From the human T2T-CHM13v2.0 reference genome, Homo sapiens, in the NCBI RefSeq assembly GCF_009914755.1, contig NC_060925.1: a DNA stretch of 64,000 bases. The stretch is one strand, 5' to 3'. Made by a program: the position numbers and the translations under genes. Under the pieces are notes generated by a model. The model was not told where the DNA came from. It made no database searches and saw only the letters and a program-made list of their open reading frames with translations. Position 1 is the stretch's first letter, and each line of letters opens with the position of its first letter. Of this stretch, positions 14,529 through 31,000 are shown in pieces.

Positions 14529-14715
14529 TAATCAAAATAGTTTTCCTCTCCAAAGTATAGCAGTTTATAGACTGCCTATTAAGATTAATTTTAATTAGAA
14601 TAAAGTACAAAAATGTCTTCAATCTAGCATAGCTAAATACAGAAACAAGTAAATATATAAAACCTGCTTTTAAAATTACGTATATAATATAATTTCTGCC
14701 ACTATAACAGATGGT

Positions 14716-15020
14716 TTTTTTTTTTTGAGACGGAGTCTGGCTCTGTTGCCCAGGCTGGAGTACAGTGGCACGATCTCGGCTCACTGCAAGCTCCGCCTCC
14801 CGGGTTCACACCATTCTCCTACTGAGGTGGGAGGTAGGAGCCTCCTGAGTTGCTGGGAGTACAGGCGCCCGCCACCATGCCTGGCTAATTTTTTTGTATT
14901 TTTAGTAGAGATGGGGTTTCACTGTGTTAGCCAGGATGGTCTCAATCTCCTGACCTCATGATCCGCCTGCCTCAGCCTCCCCACGTGCTGGGATTACAGG
15001 CATGAGCCACCGTGGCTGGC
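14716..15020 (-). mobile_element. Alu (Y-like) with an internal micro-inversion; TSD taacagatg
   Basis: gcaagctccgcc and ggttcacacc diagnostics; anomaly at 14821-14838. Confidence 0.93.
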
Positions 15021-15637
15021 TAACAGATGCTATTTTAAAATAATAAAATTATATGTGCCTCCTCTGGGCATCCAGACAGTAGTTATGGCTCAACACTAAG
15101 TGCACAACTCTGAGAAAGTCTTTGGGACAAAACATCCGTCCCAACAATTTTAGACAGACATATTATGAGCTGGTACGTAAGAGAAAAATGTCTGTTTGCT
15201 GTTAAGAAAATAGTATACTATTGTGTAAAAGCATGAGGTTTTTTTCTCAATAGTTTCTTCTTGATATAAAATTCAAAGTTAACTTGACAGAGTTTTACTA
15301 AAACTTAAATTTCCTAGTATTTTTCTCATGATTTGAAACAGTTGATGCCAAATGGATTAAAGGAGGTATCTAAATTCAAAATATACTTGTATTTGTTCTT
15401 GATGAAACTTAGGCTGGTAGAAAATGACACCCATTCATTAAGGCTTTAATGCTAATTCTTAATTATTTTGCATGAAGCATTTTTTTTAAAGACTTAAAAT
15501 ATATACAAGTATTACTATTTAATGGTTTGGCTTTTTGTATATTCCTTTGGCTCTGCAAGTGTGAACATTATAAAGTATGCTACAAAACTTTAATTTTAGA
15601 TTTAAAATTTAAAAAATTGTAATATTATTTTTCGTAA

Positions 15638-15953
<316 letters not shown>

Positions 15954-16764
15954 TATTTCTCGTAAATGTCAAGGAACAATTTTATAGTGTTAATACATTT
16001 ACTTTAAGCATCTACTCTATTTAGCTGAGACTATGCTTTTTCTGCTACGGTGACAAAAGTCCATCCAAATTGCTATGCTTAATACATTCTTTATTACCAA
16101 AGTCCCAATAAAAGTAGTAATTCAAAAAAACTAAAACTCAAAAAAAAAAAAAACAACCTTCAGCATTATGTGGAATAGCTGTATTTTAATTAAATGTACA
16201 TAAATCCTTTTTACAAAGCTTCTTGCCTACTATGAATGGAAATGTCTTTCTTCTTCTGCAATCATGCTCCTTCCCTTCACTAGAGATTCTTCACGCTGCC
16301 CCATGCAGTTTAATACAGTCATGTCCTTGTTCAATTATTAGATTCCTAATTTTAAACATAAGAATTTTAAATACACACTAAATGCATAATGTGGATTAAT
16401 CAGAGAGCGTAGGTCTTAGAAGACACAGGATATTGAAAAGTTTGAATTTAATAGGCAATATAGCTGTGATGCATAAAACAGTTAACGGGAGGGATGGAAG
16501 GAAAAGTAGGTTTAAATTCTTACATTCATCCCAGGAGGCTGATTCATGCATCATGTTCCACCTGAAAGCAATCCCTAGGCTGGACTAAAATTAAACATTC
16601 CCCTGTCCTCTCCCCAGTTACATTCTTTGATGCTCAAATTATATATGCAATAGCACTTCAGTGAGACTGATGCTGAAACTACATAAATAGAGAGAGAGAG
16701 GGAAAAAAAAAGCTGAGTCCACCAACTTTTCCATGATTACTTTTAGGAACAGGCATAATAACTA

Positions 16765-16995
<231 letters not shown>

Positions 16996-17679
16996 CTACA
17001 AGGAAACAAAAAAAGATGTTAGGTTACGTATGAGGTATTAATTCTTACATTTCAGATAAGCAAATTCTCAAATCTGAGAGTTAAAAGCACATATCATACG
17101 GTGGCTAATACAGCCTGAGTATCATAAGATGTGCCATGCAGCCTGTAGGCTGATAAATGATTTTATACTAAGCCTTTTATCTCTCTTACTGGTAACACAC
17201 AAAGAACCCAGTGCTGCCAAGATGAATTTAGGCACTTAGAATAGTTCCTAAAAATGGTGCCAAGAAAAGCTCCTAATCTAAAGCTGGCAAACCGCAAAGG
17301 GTAAAATATTTAACTGTTAATATACCATCAGGGTTTGCTCAACCCAATTTTAGCTTTTTGAGAAATTCTGTCTATGTGTAAGCATTGACATTTCATTACT
17401 TTTATTTTTGGAATTATTATAAAGAAGAAGAAGAAAATTTACTTTAAGAAAATAGAATAAAACTCAATTTATTTTGCAGTTGTCATATGGGTCCTTTGGA
17501 TCCCTTTAGGAATCACATACATTATAAGGTTTCAGTGATCTTATTTTTCTGATATGTTGAAATTCTGCCATTTTATCATCCTAGCAACTATTTAATATTT
17601 ACTCATCAATTATTCCAAACAACGCTAAAAGTGATCCAAATAATAAGACAAAAGAATAACAGAAGCAATAACCAACAAA

Positions 17680-18252
<573 letters not shown>

Positions 18253-18727
18253 CTACGAGCATGATGCAATAGTGAAATAAATCACTATTTCATCATTCTT
18301 TAGTTATCTTACTGCAGTGGCCAAAATATTCCTCATCTTTCCAAGAAGGTATAAAAGACATCTGGAGATAAAATCTTTATACATTTTGGGGTTTCTTTTT
18401 TCACCTATTAAAGAGCACAGTTGAAAATCCAGAATTTCTGATTTAACATTCATAAAGGCAAAGAGAAGAAAACAGGAAGATATTTCACAATTATAAGATA
18501 AATACAAGAGACAGTGGGATTCTACACTATGATAATGTTGATAAAGCTGATAGCATAAGCAAAATTATCAGACTCTGTGTCTTCAAATGAAGACAGTCAT
18601 AGACACATTTTCTCTAATGCAAGAATCAATGAGAAAGAATGTGTCCATGAAAAAAAAAGAAATTTTCATCTAGTTAGTCATTCAGTAAGAATCACGTAGT
18701 ATTTTTCAAAAAGAATCTGAATGATTT

Positions 18728-19068
<341 letters not shown>

Positions 19069-19313
19069 TAAAAGAAATATTGACAGCCTTCTTTTTTCAC
19101 ATCTGTGTTCCAATACTTATTTGATATAGTATGTAAGTGGACATATTCTCAACACAAGTATCTATACAAAGGTGACTGGAAGAGATGATGTAGACATAAA
19201 ATTATTGGATTGAGCTTCTAATTGTTGTTTATAAATCTAAAAATAATAAGTGTTTTGCACTTTATGGAGGAAAAAAGATGGCTATCCTATTAACAAAATT
19301 ATAAGCTGTAAAG

Positions 19314-19680
<367 letters not shown>

Positions 19681-19968
19681 TAGAATTAACTAAAGACATA
19701 CAGTACTTGAGATCTGGAATCAACATTTATAAGATGGATATATGTTCCAGGTGAATACATGTCAACTGATGAGCAGTTAGTTGCATTCAAACAACACTGC
19801 CCATTTTGGGTAGTATATACCTTTAAACACCAGGAAAATATGGAATAAAAATTTGAGTTTGTCATGTCTAATTTTTTATTAAAATTTCAAGTTGTTTTAA
19901 TTACCCTTTTATTTTTACTTTTGTAAATTATTTGTACAATATTTTTTTTAAAAAAGGGTCCACTGGAT

Positions 19969-21042
19969 TATTGCCGGAAGTCAGTGACCCTGAATGGAGG
20001 GACCAGCTGAAGCCATGGCAGAAGAACATAAATTGTGAAGATTTCATGGACATTTATTAGTTCCCCAAATTAATACTTTTATAATTTCTTATGCCTGTCT
20101 TTACTGAAATCTCTGAACATAAATTGTGAAGATTTCATGGACATTTTATCACTTCCCCAGTCAATACTCTTGTGATTTCCTATGCCTGTCTTTAATCTCT
20201 TAATCCCGTCATCTTCGTAAGCTGAGGATGTATGTCGCCTCAGGACCCTGTGATGATTGTGTTAACTGCACAAATTGTTTAAACAATATGAAATCTGGGC
20301 ACCTTGAAAAAAGAACAGGATAACAGCGATGTTCAGGGAACAAGGGAGATAACCATTAGGTCTGGCTGCCTGAGAGCCAGGCAGAACAGAGCCATATTTC
20401 TCTTCTTTCAAAAGCGAATAGGAGAAATATCGCTGAATTCCTTTTCTCAGCAAGGAACAGCCCTGAGAAAGAGAATGCGTTCCTAGTGGGAGGTCTCTGA
20501 AATGGCCACTCTGGGAATGTCTGTCTTTTACGGTTGGAGATAAGGGATGAAATAAGCCCCAGTCTCCCGTAGCACTCCCAGGCTTATTAGGACGAGGAAA
20601 TTCCCACCTAATAAATTTTGGTCAGACTGGTTGTCTGCTCTCAAACCCTATCTCCTGATAAGATGTTATCAATGACAATGCGTGCCCAGTGGGACATGAT
20701 ACTTCATTAGCATTTTTAATTTCACCTGGGTCCTGTGATCTCGCCCTGCCTCCATTTGCCTTGTGATATTTTATTACCTTGTGAAGCATGTCATCTCTGT
20801 GACCCACACCCTATTCATACACTCCCTCCCCTTCTGAAGATCACTAATAAAAACTTGCTGGTTTTGCGGCTTGGGGGGCATCACGGAACCTGCTGACGTG
20901 ATGTCTCCCCTGGATACCCAGCTTTAAAATTTCTCTCTTTTGTACTCTTTCCCTTTATTTCTCAGACCAGCTGACACTTAGGGAAATACAAAAGAACCTA
21001 TGTGAAATAACGTTGAATTATCGGGGGTAGGTTCCCCTGATA
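19969..21042 (+). mobile_element. Solo LTR of the MER11 family (HERV-K11/HML-8), 1074 bp
   Basis: Start tattgccggaagtcag...gaagaacataaattgtgaagatttcatggac (internally duplicated); AATAAA at ~20846; end ttcccctgata; 6-bp TSD ctggat/ctagat. Confidence 0.88.
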
Positions 21043-21227
21043 CTAGATACAGATGGTAAATGGTGATGACTATCTTTACTGGCATACTGAGAGTTAAGGG
21101 CCTAGAATTTGCTAAATTTATAGAACACAGAACAAAGGTTATGGTTAACTGCCTATGCAGACATCAAATAAACACCCAACAAGTTTTTCTTTGATAAACT
21201 GAAATTTAAAAAATTACTTTATTCTTT

Positions 21228-21500
21228 CCTTTTTTAAATTTTATTATTATTATACTTTAAGTTTTAGGGTACATGTGCACAATGTGCAGGTTAGTTACAT
21301 ATGTATACATGTGCCATGCTGGTGTGCTGCACCCATTAACTCGTCATTTAGCATTAGGTATATCTCCTAATGCTATCCCTGCCCCCCTCCCCCCGACCCC
21401 ACAACAGGCCCCAGAGTGTGATGTTCCCCTTCCTGTGTCCATGTGTTCTCATTGTTCAATTCCAACCTATAAGTGAGAACATCTGGTGTTTGGTTTTTTG
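21228..21500 (-). mobile_element. 5'-truncated young L1PA 3' end
   Basis: ttattattatactttaagttttagggtacatgtgcacaatgtgcagg... matches the L1PA 3'UTR. Confidence 0.93.
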
Positions 21501-21954
21501 CTTTTATCATCTTCTATTTTATTAGATTTGAGATGGCCATGATAGCTTATTTGAGAAGACTGCCCTTCCATGATGAGGTAGTTACAGTAAAATACTTAAA
21601 GGGATTAGGTTATTAAACTCTCATATTTCTATGCATAAATAGCTCTTTGTAATATGCCATAAAATAAGTTTTAAGTCTACAAAAGAAATCAGAAAAAGTT
21701 ACAATCTTAGTTTCAAGCATATATATAGAGATAGGGGAATACCATTAAGACTCTAGATTATATCCTAGAATGATTTATGAGTAATCCTAAATCACAAGCT
21801 TCCAACATGTTTTAAAGAAAGGTTGAAATTGTAATACAAAGAAAATTCAAAGGCTTCAGAGACTTATAAACTCTAACTTCAGGTTCATTTCCAAAATGAA
21901 GACTTCAGTGTTTTAAAACTTATGTCTTGAGTTTACTAAAGTATTCGGAGGATA

Positions 21955-22251
21955 CAGTCATGCATTGCTTAACAATGGGGCAACATTCTGAGAAACACAT
22001 CACTAAGCGATTTACTTCACTGTATGAACATTATAGAGTTTACAGTACTTACACAAACCTAGATAGTATAGCCTACTACACACCCAGGCTGTATTGTATA
22101 TCCTATTCCTCCTAGGCTACAAATCTATACAGCCTGTTACTATACTGAATATTGTATGCAATTGTAACACAGATAGGAATTCTTCAGCTCCATTATAATC
22201 TTATGGTACCACTGCCGTGTATGTGGTCTGCCGTTATGGGATGCATGACTC
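21955..22251 (+). mobile_element. Tigger3-like DNA transposon derivative
   Basis: TIRs cagtcatgc...gcatgactc; tacacaaacctagatagtatagcctactacacacc. Confidence 0.8.
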
Positions 22252-23744
22252 TAATTACAAAACAGAAGAACTGAGGAAAATGATGCAAAAGAATGAAAGA
22301 AAATGTTAATTTACTAATGTCTGGTAGGCAAAAGATAACTAGATACAGTATTGAAGAGGAGTGCTACAGTTCTGAAATTCTGAGCCAATTTTATTTGAAA
22401 CTTGTCTCTAATAACCTAAAACACCACATTTACTCAAAAGGCCTGTGATGACCTAGAAGATCCATTTAAGTTTAAGATTGCATAACTCTCTTAAATATTA
22501 AGCACCTGTTGTGTGTTGAACATGTGTACTAGGCACTTTCAGAGATCGAGAAACATATAATTTTAACATGCTGCCATTTATGACAGAACTATTCCCTAAA
22601 GTCTAAAAAGGCTTAGGAAATATGAGCCAGACACAAAATTTCAGTTCACAAAAAATGCAAGTGAAAACATCTGTGAGGAAATAGTCTCCTGAAGGTCTAA
22701 AATTACCAATGGGAAAGAGAAAATTTCAAAGAGCCAGAGGAAAAATCATTTAACTAGATCAAATTTTAATAACTTAGATACGGGAAAAAAAATGAGTTTT
22801 GTTTCTTTGTCAGTGCCATTTCAACACACCAGGTAGAGACCTGGTGGTGAGGAAAATGAGGCAAAGAGAATGAAGTAATCATCAAGATCTTGGAGTCCAG
22901 AAGTGGCAATGTTGGGATTCGAAATCAGGTCTCTGAACTACAAATCCTATGAGCGTTCCACATCAAGATTAGGTGCCCAAGCTAAACCAGCTCCCGAAAT
23001 TCCTCCATTCAAACCACTAACCCCACAGAAGCAAACCAAACTTAAATAAATACCTATTTAATTTACATACAACTACATGACACAATTGATAGTATAAAAT
23101 CATATAGCCAGCATACATTGTATTGATGATCTGGGAAAGTGAACAGAGCACAACCACCTCAATCTCTCTGCCAGCTACAAAAGCCTCCTCTCCTTCCCTA
23201 ACCTTTCCTTTCAACCTTTAGTGAAGACCATTCTCTACTCTATACCACACAGGTCTGATGCTGGCAGGAACTCTAGTGTGCAAAGGGGACACAGTGTGTC
23301 TGGAACACAGACTGCTGATGGGGGCAGTCCAGTAACAAATGGCAGGCTTGCAATGGCACAGGAGGGGTAGGGCAGAGGCCATGGTGGCTACCAGAGGGGC
23401 AAGGGCCCCAGTGGAGGAGGCAGGAGGAACTGAAGGCAAACAGGGGTTCCCAAAGAAAGAGAACCTTCAATGGGTTTGCAGGAAAATGGCCCGTTAAAAT
23501 ATCAGCAACGGAACCGACTGTAGCTTTCTCAGGCAGAACAACCTCATTTCTGGTGGCAATTCTGTAAATTGTAGATCTAGGTCCCTTGGGAGTGTATTCT
23601 GGGCTAGGGTGAAAGGGGACAGGAGTGGAAATGATCACTTTTAAGTTGAATTTAGTTGGTAAGTGATTTTTCTAAACAGTAACAGTGAATTCTTTGAAAA
23701 GTATATAGGCTACAGGTTGCTAAACTTGTCTTTGCTGCTTTTCT

Positions 23745-24470
23745 TACCATAATAAAAATAACTTACATTTACTGAATGCTTACTATGTACTGTTGTTTAA
23801 AATTATTAGCTTATTTATATCTTTACAACACATACAACACGCTCACACAACCTGTGAGTACCATTTTATTATTTCTATTTTTTAAAAAATTGAGGAATAG
23901 AGAACTTAGGTAATTTGTCCAAGGTGACATCAAAGCTGGGTTCATAACCACTACACTGTGTCCTCCTACCTCCAAAAGTACTACTTTTAACCTGATACTT
24001 AAAGTTCTAGAATAATATGGATAATAAGAGTAAATAGGCTGCGAATAATAGTCTACAAGTTCTCTTATGACTAAAATGCATGATAGTTGGTAGTTCATAG
24101 ACTTTTGACATTTTTTGGCTGCTAAAGACCTTTGTGGCATGTTTCTTAGGCTGTCATTTGGGTAACAGTATATTTATCATTTATGTAATGCTTTAAAGTT
24201 CTATACTAAGCGCACACTCAAATGTACTGTTACATTTAATCCTCATAACAATACTACAGAGCAGGAATTATTTCATCATTTAATAGCTGAAGCAAGATTC
24301 TGCATTGCATCTTTGCTTTCATAAACTTCAACTCATTACATGTTTACACACTTTGGAAGGTAGTATATATGAGGAAACTGAATTTCAGAGAGATTAAGTG
24401 ATTTGTCCCAGGTTACACTGCTGATAAATAACAGATCTGAGTTTCAAATCCTGGTCCTGATTTCAAGCTT
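23745..24470 (-). mobile_element. Two MIR copies (~23745-23990 and ~24170-24470)
   Basis: ttactgaatgcttactatg...; gaggaaactgaa...agagattaagtgatttgtcccaggttacac. Confidence 0.65.
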
Positions 24471-25440
24471 AAAATGCAGATGTCGCTCTCCATGAGTTAG
24501 TATCTTTCACAATATTATTGAGTATAATCAAATTATAAGAAAGGCCAACCTAGAAAAATGTCATGTTTCACCTGATTATTTTTGGAACCAATACCAAGTA
24601 ATTTCCATATTTGAGCATAGGCTTTTAAAAGACTAAAATGCTGATGTAATTCCCGCTGCTTATTTTCCAAAATAACAATGTAAAGACATACAGACTACCA
24701 CTGTTCATCTGTTGTCAAGATGAAACTTTCTAGACTTAAAGACAATATAACATTGTCAAAATGTTCCACATATAGAAGTTAAAATTTTTCACTATAAATT
24801 CTTCAAGTAGAAAATTAATTCAATTCCACTAAAGAAAGATTTACTGGGTTCATGCACTGTGCAGAGCCCTCTGCTAGGCACTGTGGTCACAGAAGCAGAA
24901 GGCACATGAACTTATTCAGGAGCTCATAAGTCAGCATAGCTACAGAGGTATAAAAGTAGATTTAATACCAGGCTGATCAAGGACACAAAGGCTTATGTGT
25001 GGAGAAGGAAGAGAGAAATTCTAGCAAAGAGGAGTTGAGAATCAAAATTGCTAACATTCATGCCTAATGTTACAACAGTTTCTACCTACTTTGCCTATCT
25101 CTGCTAATTTTAATCCTTTCAACATGTCAACATCAGCAGGTTAAAATTCCTAAGTAAACGGGCCTTTGTTTCATCTCTTCAAAAAGAAGTAGAATTTGAG
25201 CTTTATTTTAAAAAATGTGTAAAACTTTTATAAATGGCAAGGCAGATGGGAGAAAGAGTAGACTGAAGAAAATCTAACAAATTATTTGAAGAAAGACATA
25301 GCATAGCAGGAAGACTACTGTTTGGAAGAAGAGCAAGGGAAAATGTAATGATGGAGCATCAATCTGGAAAGGTGGATAATGCTAAATGTGAGAGTTTTCA
25401 GGGCAAACATGAAGAACATACACTTAATTCTACATGCTTT

Positions 25441-25502
25441 GAGAAAAAAAAATGCTTGAATAAAACCAACAGAGAAAAAAAAAGGCTTGAATAAAACCAA
25501 CA
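25441..25502. repeat. Tandem duplication, 31 bp
   Basis: gagaaaaaaaaa(t/g)gcttgaataaaaccaaca twice. Confidence 0.9.
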
Positions 25503-26049
25503 GGAAAACATGCCTACAAAAAATTTGTATTTATCTCAAAGAATAAATATAAAAGTCCTTCAGTAGCAGGCCAATTCAGAATTGGTAAAAAAAAATGTAT
25601 TACCATATTTGCCAAATTTCTGCATGTTCTTGTACATAATGTTTGATGTACATTTGAAAAGCATGAATAGTCTGAAGCAGTTGGGATGCACTTATTTCTG
25701 TTAAATTCATTTTAAGAATTTCAGCAGCACAGATAGGAACAACACAGTATTTGCTTGTGTTAGCAGAACCATAAGCAAATGAAGAAACTGAAATAAAAGA
25801 AATAATTCAATACTTCAGCACTCTTTTTAGTTTGTAGCTACTTATATTATGCCAAATGTAGACAGACCAAATGAAGAAATAAGAAAAAATTCACTTCAGT
25901 AACACAAAAATATATTCAAAGTATGAATTCCAAGAATAATGAACAATGGCGGTTAGATAATGTGCTATATTTGTGAAGGCAAATGGTTGTGTTGTTTCAC
26001 CTTTTTTACCCTAGCAGAGAAAGTTGTCTACTCTCTGGCACCTTTCCAT

Positions 26050-26356
<307 letters not shown>

Positions 26357-26727
26357 CCAGCTCCATCTTTATTTTCTAAACTTAACCATTACTTCTCTGT
26401 CCCTGAGAGTACTTTTTTGCATTCTCACTGCCATGACTTTTTACCGTTTTCCCTCATATAAATTACAGCCATATAGTGAAGTCAAGCTTAGGTTCCAACT
26501 CCTTAAAGAAGTCTTCTTTAGCCATCACAGACAATGACAACCACCTTCTGGATTCATCTGCTTATAGTTTCTTTGGAATATGGGCTAGTTTCATATTCTA
26601 TTGGATGGTCCCCAAAGTGCTATGTACCTGATAAGCATTTGAAAATAACATACAAAGTAAAGAAAAAGAAAATGTAGCTAGGAAATGTAATCTGATTTTT
26701 ATTCTTACAATATTAAACAAATGTTCA

Positions 26728-26862
<135 letters not shown>

Positions 26863-29391
26863 TCAGTTAATAAATATAAGAAAATACTAGAATAAATACC
26901 AGTCACATTTTGGCTAGATACCTAATATTAATAGGACAGTAAATATAGGGAAATATCAAAGTAAGTGTGGATTAAATGAGATTAAAACGGTGCCACTATA
27001 CAACAAAATCTTTTTAGCATCACTGCCCAAAGAGGAAAACATAAAATTTTAAAGATATTCTTTTCTACTAAATTCACATGTTCTATTAAGAATTTACATC
27101 AGCTGACTTCGCTGAATGTATTAACTTAATTTTTTTAAATTTAAAACTGTTATAGAGAAATCATGTGAATTATAATTTTACCATGTTTTACATATCTTAT
27201 TGTAAAAAACATTTACCTTGTAGGATTTTCTTCTTTCAAAACAAAAAATGAGCATAAACTATTCAAAGAGTCCAAAGATTTAGAGGAAAAGGGACACAAT
27301 ATGACATGTTTCAGAACAAAATTATCTTCATTTAAAATATGGGCTCTAAAACTGGAATTCACGGGACAGCTCTAAGAGGGAAAGGGACTGAAAGTCAAAA
27401 GAAAGGTATTTTAATGGCAAACTGTGGTTTTTGAAAATTGCTTTTAAGTTTCTTTTAAAGTTTTCTCTCTCTCTGTCTCTCTCCAGAGCTTAGTAAGTTG
27501 TCTGCAGATGGAAGCACCCAAAAGCAGAACGATAAGCCTGTGGAAATTGGTATTGAAAGGAAATATCATTATAGTCACAGAAGAAACAGTCTGTGAACCA
27601 GTGAATCTGAACTTGATCACCATGTATTACGGGGTTACTGTGTGAACCCTGGTATACTAAAAGCAAAGAGAGTATCAAAAATGGGGAACAGACATGACTT
27701 CCAATTTTTGGTCCAACATGGAAAGAATCTGAAGTCATCGCTCCCATCTTCATAATAAGAAAAATGTTGAACAAACTGAAAACCAAAAACTCATCTTAGT
27801 TTTTCAGAGACCTGAGGTCACAAGGCAAATTACCACCCTGAAAAGTAGAGAGACAAGCAAATACAGAGAGAATCACAGCTTGCCAGGAGCAGAAGCCTCC
27901 GCTAGAAACAGCAACCAGTAGGACAACTTAAAGGTGAAGTGATTAATTGCTAGAGACTTGAGGGTGGACCAACTTGAGATTTAAAAAAACTCCTGCATTA
28001 AATCTAAAAATTGCTTAAAATTCATTTTTGTTTTCATTACTTTAAATTTTTATTCATCTGGTTAAACTAATGAAATACTAAATTCAGTTCTTAAGTTGGC
28101 AAGAAGCAACAACGCACCACTCAGCAAAATAATTTCACCATATTGTTGATGTATCAAGTTGATCTAGTCTAAGGATAAAACCTCCAAATGTTGTTAAGAG
28201 AAGTGAGATTTCAAGTACATGTAGGCTCTCAATAAATACTGAATGGATCCTCATAAATAATCTCTCTCTGAGGAAAAGAGTACATAGGAAAAGGGCAGAA
28301 ATCCTTTGGACAATGGACTGAAATTCAAAGAAAAAAATCTAAATTAGAGTTGAGAAAAGGCAAATTCCAAAGCAAAGTGAAATGTTACCATTAGATATAG
28401 GACTAAAGGAGTCAAATGGCTACTCATGGAGCCAGAGAATGGTGGCTTTCGAAGGAGTGTGATAAACACAGATGAGGGATATTGAGAAAAAGTGATTTGG
28501 GGAGGAAGTAATTTAGGACAGGCTGCTTCACTAAGTGAACAACTTGTTTGAAATCTGGAATATCCTTAATCTACAATGTACCCCGCCCTCCAACTGCTTA
28601 TGGTGAACACTGACGGTACATAAACACCTACAGCAAAAGACAGAGCACACTTAAGACCTAAGAGAACAACAGAGTCCACTGAGTCGAGTGAGATGCCATT
28701 ACAACTCTGGGGATTAGGGAGTGAGGAGTGGGCCTGTTATGTGGGATCACAAGAATACATCGTTTGTTTGTTTAATAAAGACAGTAACAATTCAAGAAGA
28801 GTAGTCAGGAACTCAAGGCAAAGAAGATCAGTTTAGTACTCACAGAATAAGACAATCCCATTTGTGTAACTATTTTTTTAAAAAAGCAGCCAATGAAAAA
28901 AAAATTCCTATGTTTTTAGTTATTATGAAATGTATATAAAGTATCAATGTGTTTCAGCACCCATGACAGGAATTAAGCAGAAGACCAAGATTACAGAACA
29001 TAATACATCTAGTGACCGAGTCAAGGAAAACTGAGGGAATAGGAAGAATATGTAATGGATATCTAACCACTTAAGCATTAAACTGTTTTCATTTCTATAT
29101 AATCAAATTCACATTTCCTCTAGATTAAACTGAACCAGAAGGTGCATGACAACTTGATATTCACAACCCATTTGGATATTTCAATGAAAATTTAATAAAA
29201 ATCTCTCAGAAATACATAATTTAAATCCTAACAAAGACTGCTAACTTAATCACGTTTCTGATACTAATGGGAAAACCTTAGCTGATCTGAGCTTAAAACT
29301 GCAAAGATAGGCAATTTTGACCAGGCCCTTTTTTTCCTGTTACTTAAACTTCTGGTAAGAATGAAAGACTCCAGTCCCTGTCCTTTTATAG

Positions 29392-29595
29392 CAAGGGTGT
29401 CCAATCTTTCGGCTTCCCCGGGCCACACTGGAAGAAGAATTGTCTTGGGTCACACATAAAATACACTAACAACAGCTGATGAACTAAAAAAAAAAAAAAT
29501 TGCAAAAAAAACACCTCATGATATTTTAAGCAAGTTTATGAATTTGTGCTGGGCCGCATTCAAAGCCGTCCTGGGCCTCAGGTTGGATGAACTTG
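29392..29595 (+). mobile_element. MER30 (hAT-Charlie) with a perfect 8-bp TSD ttttatag
   Basis: caagggtgtccaatctttcggcttccccgggccacac...; TSD at 29384-29391 and 29596-29603. Confidence 0.88.
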
Positions 29596-30119
29596 TTTTA
29601 TAGTGTTTTCCCTGTAAGAATCTATGCCTCCTCCATCTGATTCTTACCCCTATAGAGACCCTCTTCCTGAGGCTGTGCACTCTTGAGGATCCATTTTACT
29701 TGGAGTAACTTACAGTAACTTTTATACTATCTGTGTGTATCACATAACATCACGTTGTATACCTTAAATATACACAATAAAATTTACTTTTAAAAATTGT
29801 CAACAATCTTCACTTATGCTTGAACTCCTGGCAGGTATCATAATGAACATCTCTAAAAGTGATGAAACTAACTTCCATTATCACTGAAGTATCAGTGATC
29901 AAAATTCAGTTTTACTCCATGCTATGCTGATTTTTGCAATGTCTTATTTTAAAAGCATATAATGTGAAACTTTCTGCTTACTAATAAACTTCTTTATTCT
30001 GAGAATTTATTTTTCTAAATTGAATCTTCAAGACTTAGAACTTTTTTTAGATGATTCAAGGGGGCAAAAAATTAATTAGAATGATAGCTGGAGCTAAAAG
30101 GAGAGAAAGTTCAAATCTA

Positions 30120-30350
<231 letters not shown>

Positions 30351-31000
30351 TCATCCTGAAGAGAAACATGAAGAAAAATATACGTTCAGATATTTTTAGC
30401 TTTAGTGGCTATTCACCAAACACTGGAAGGCCTAAGAATAGAACTGCGTTCATCAACATTTATACTTAATTAAATGAACTGTCCACAGGTCCCAGGAAAT
30501 GACATATATACTAAATTCTCATCAGTGAAGTAAGCCCACGGAATCCACTAAGAGTCCAGTTAAAAAGGAAGAGACTAAGGCAGTAAGTGGGTGCTCAACT
30601 AGCAAACTTTTATAGTTTTCATACTTCTGAAAGCCTTTTAGCACAGTTTATAAAGGTCTATAATCCTCAAGTAAATGCTCATGTTAGCATCATGTTAGTA
30701 TTAGAAAAATAGCAATACTGTACCAATAAATGTCTTAGGTACAAATGGTTTGAGAAAGACACAATGAATTCAGTAAGTATATATGATACCTGATTAAGAA
30801 CTATGTTGACCAAATAAATTGCTCTTTTGTCTATCAGGTGTAAACCACAGAATGCAATTTCAATTTCTTTTTCCTCACATGTACTTTATTGTCTTAATAC
30901 GTTTTCCTAGAACAGCAATTCTGAAACATTCTGTTCTTGGGACCCTTTTATACTCTTTAAAAAATGAACTCCAAAGAGCATTTGTTTACATGGGCAATAC

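Noticed and set aside
20023-20195. ~90-bp direct repeat
   Set aside because: It is a normal internal duplication of MER11 LTRs.
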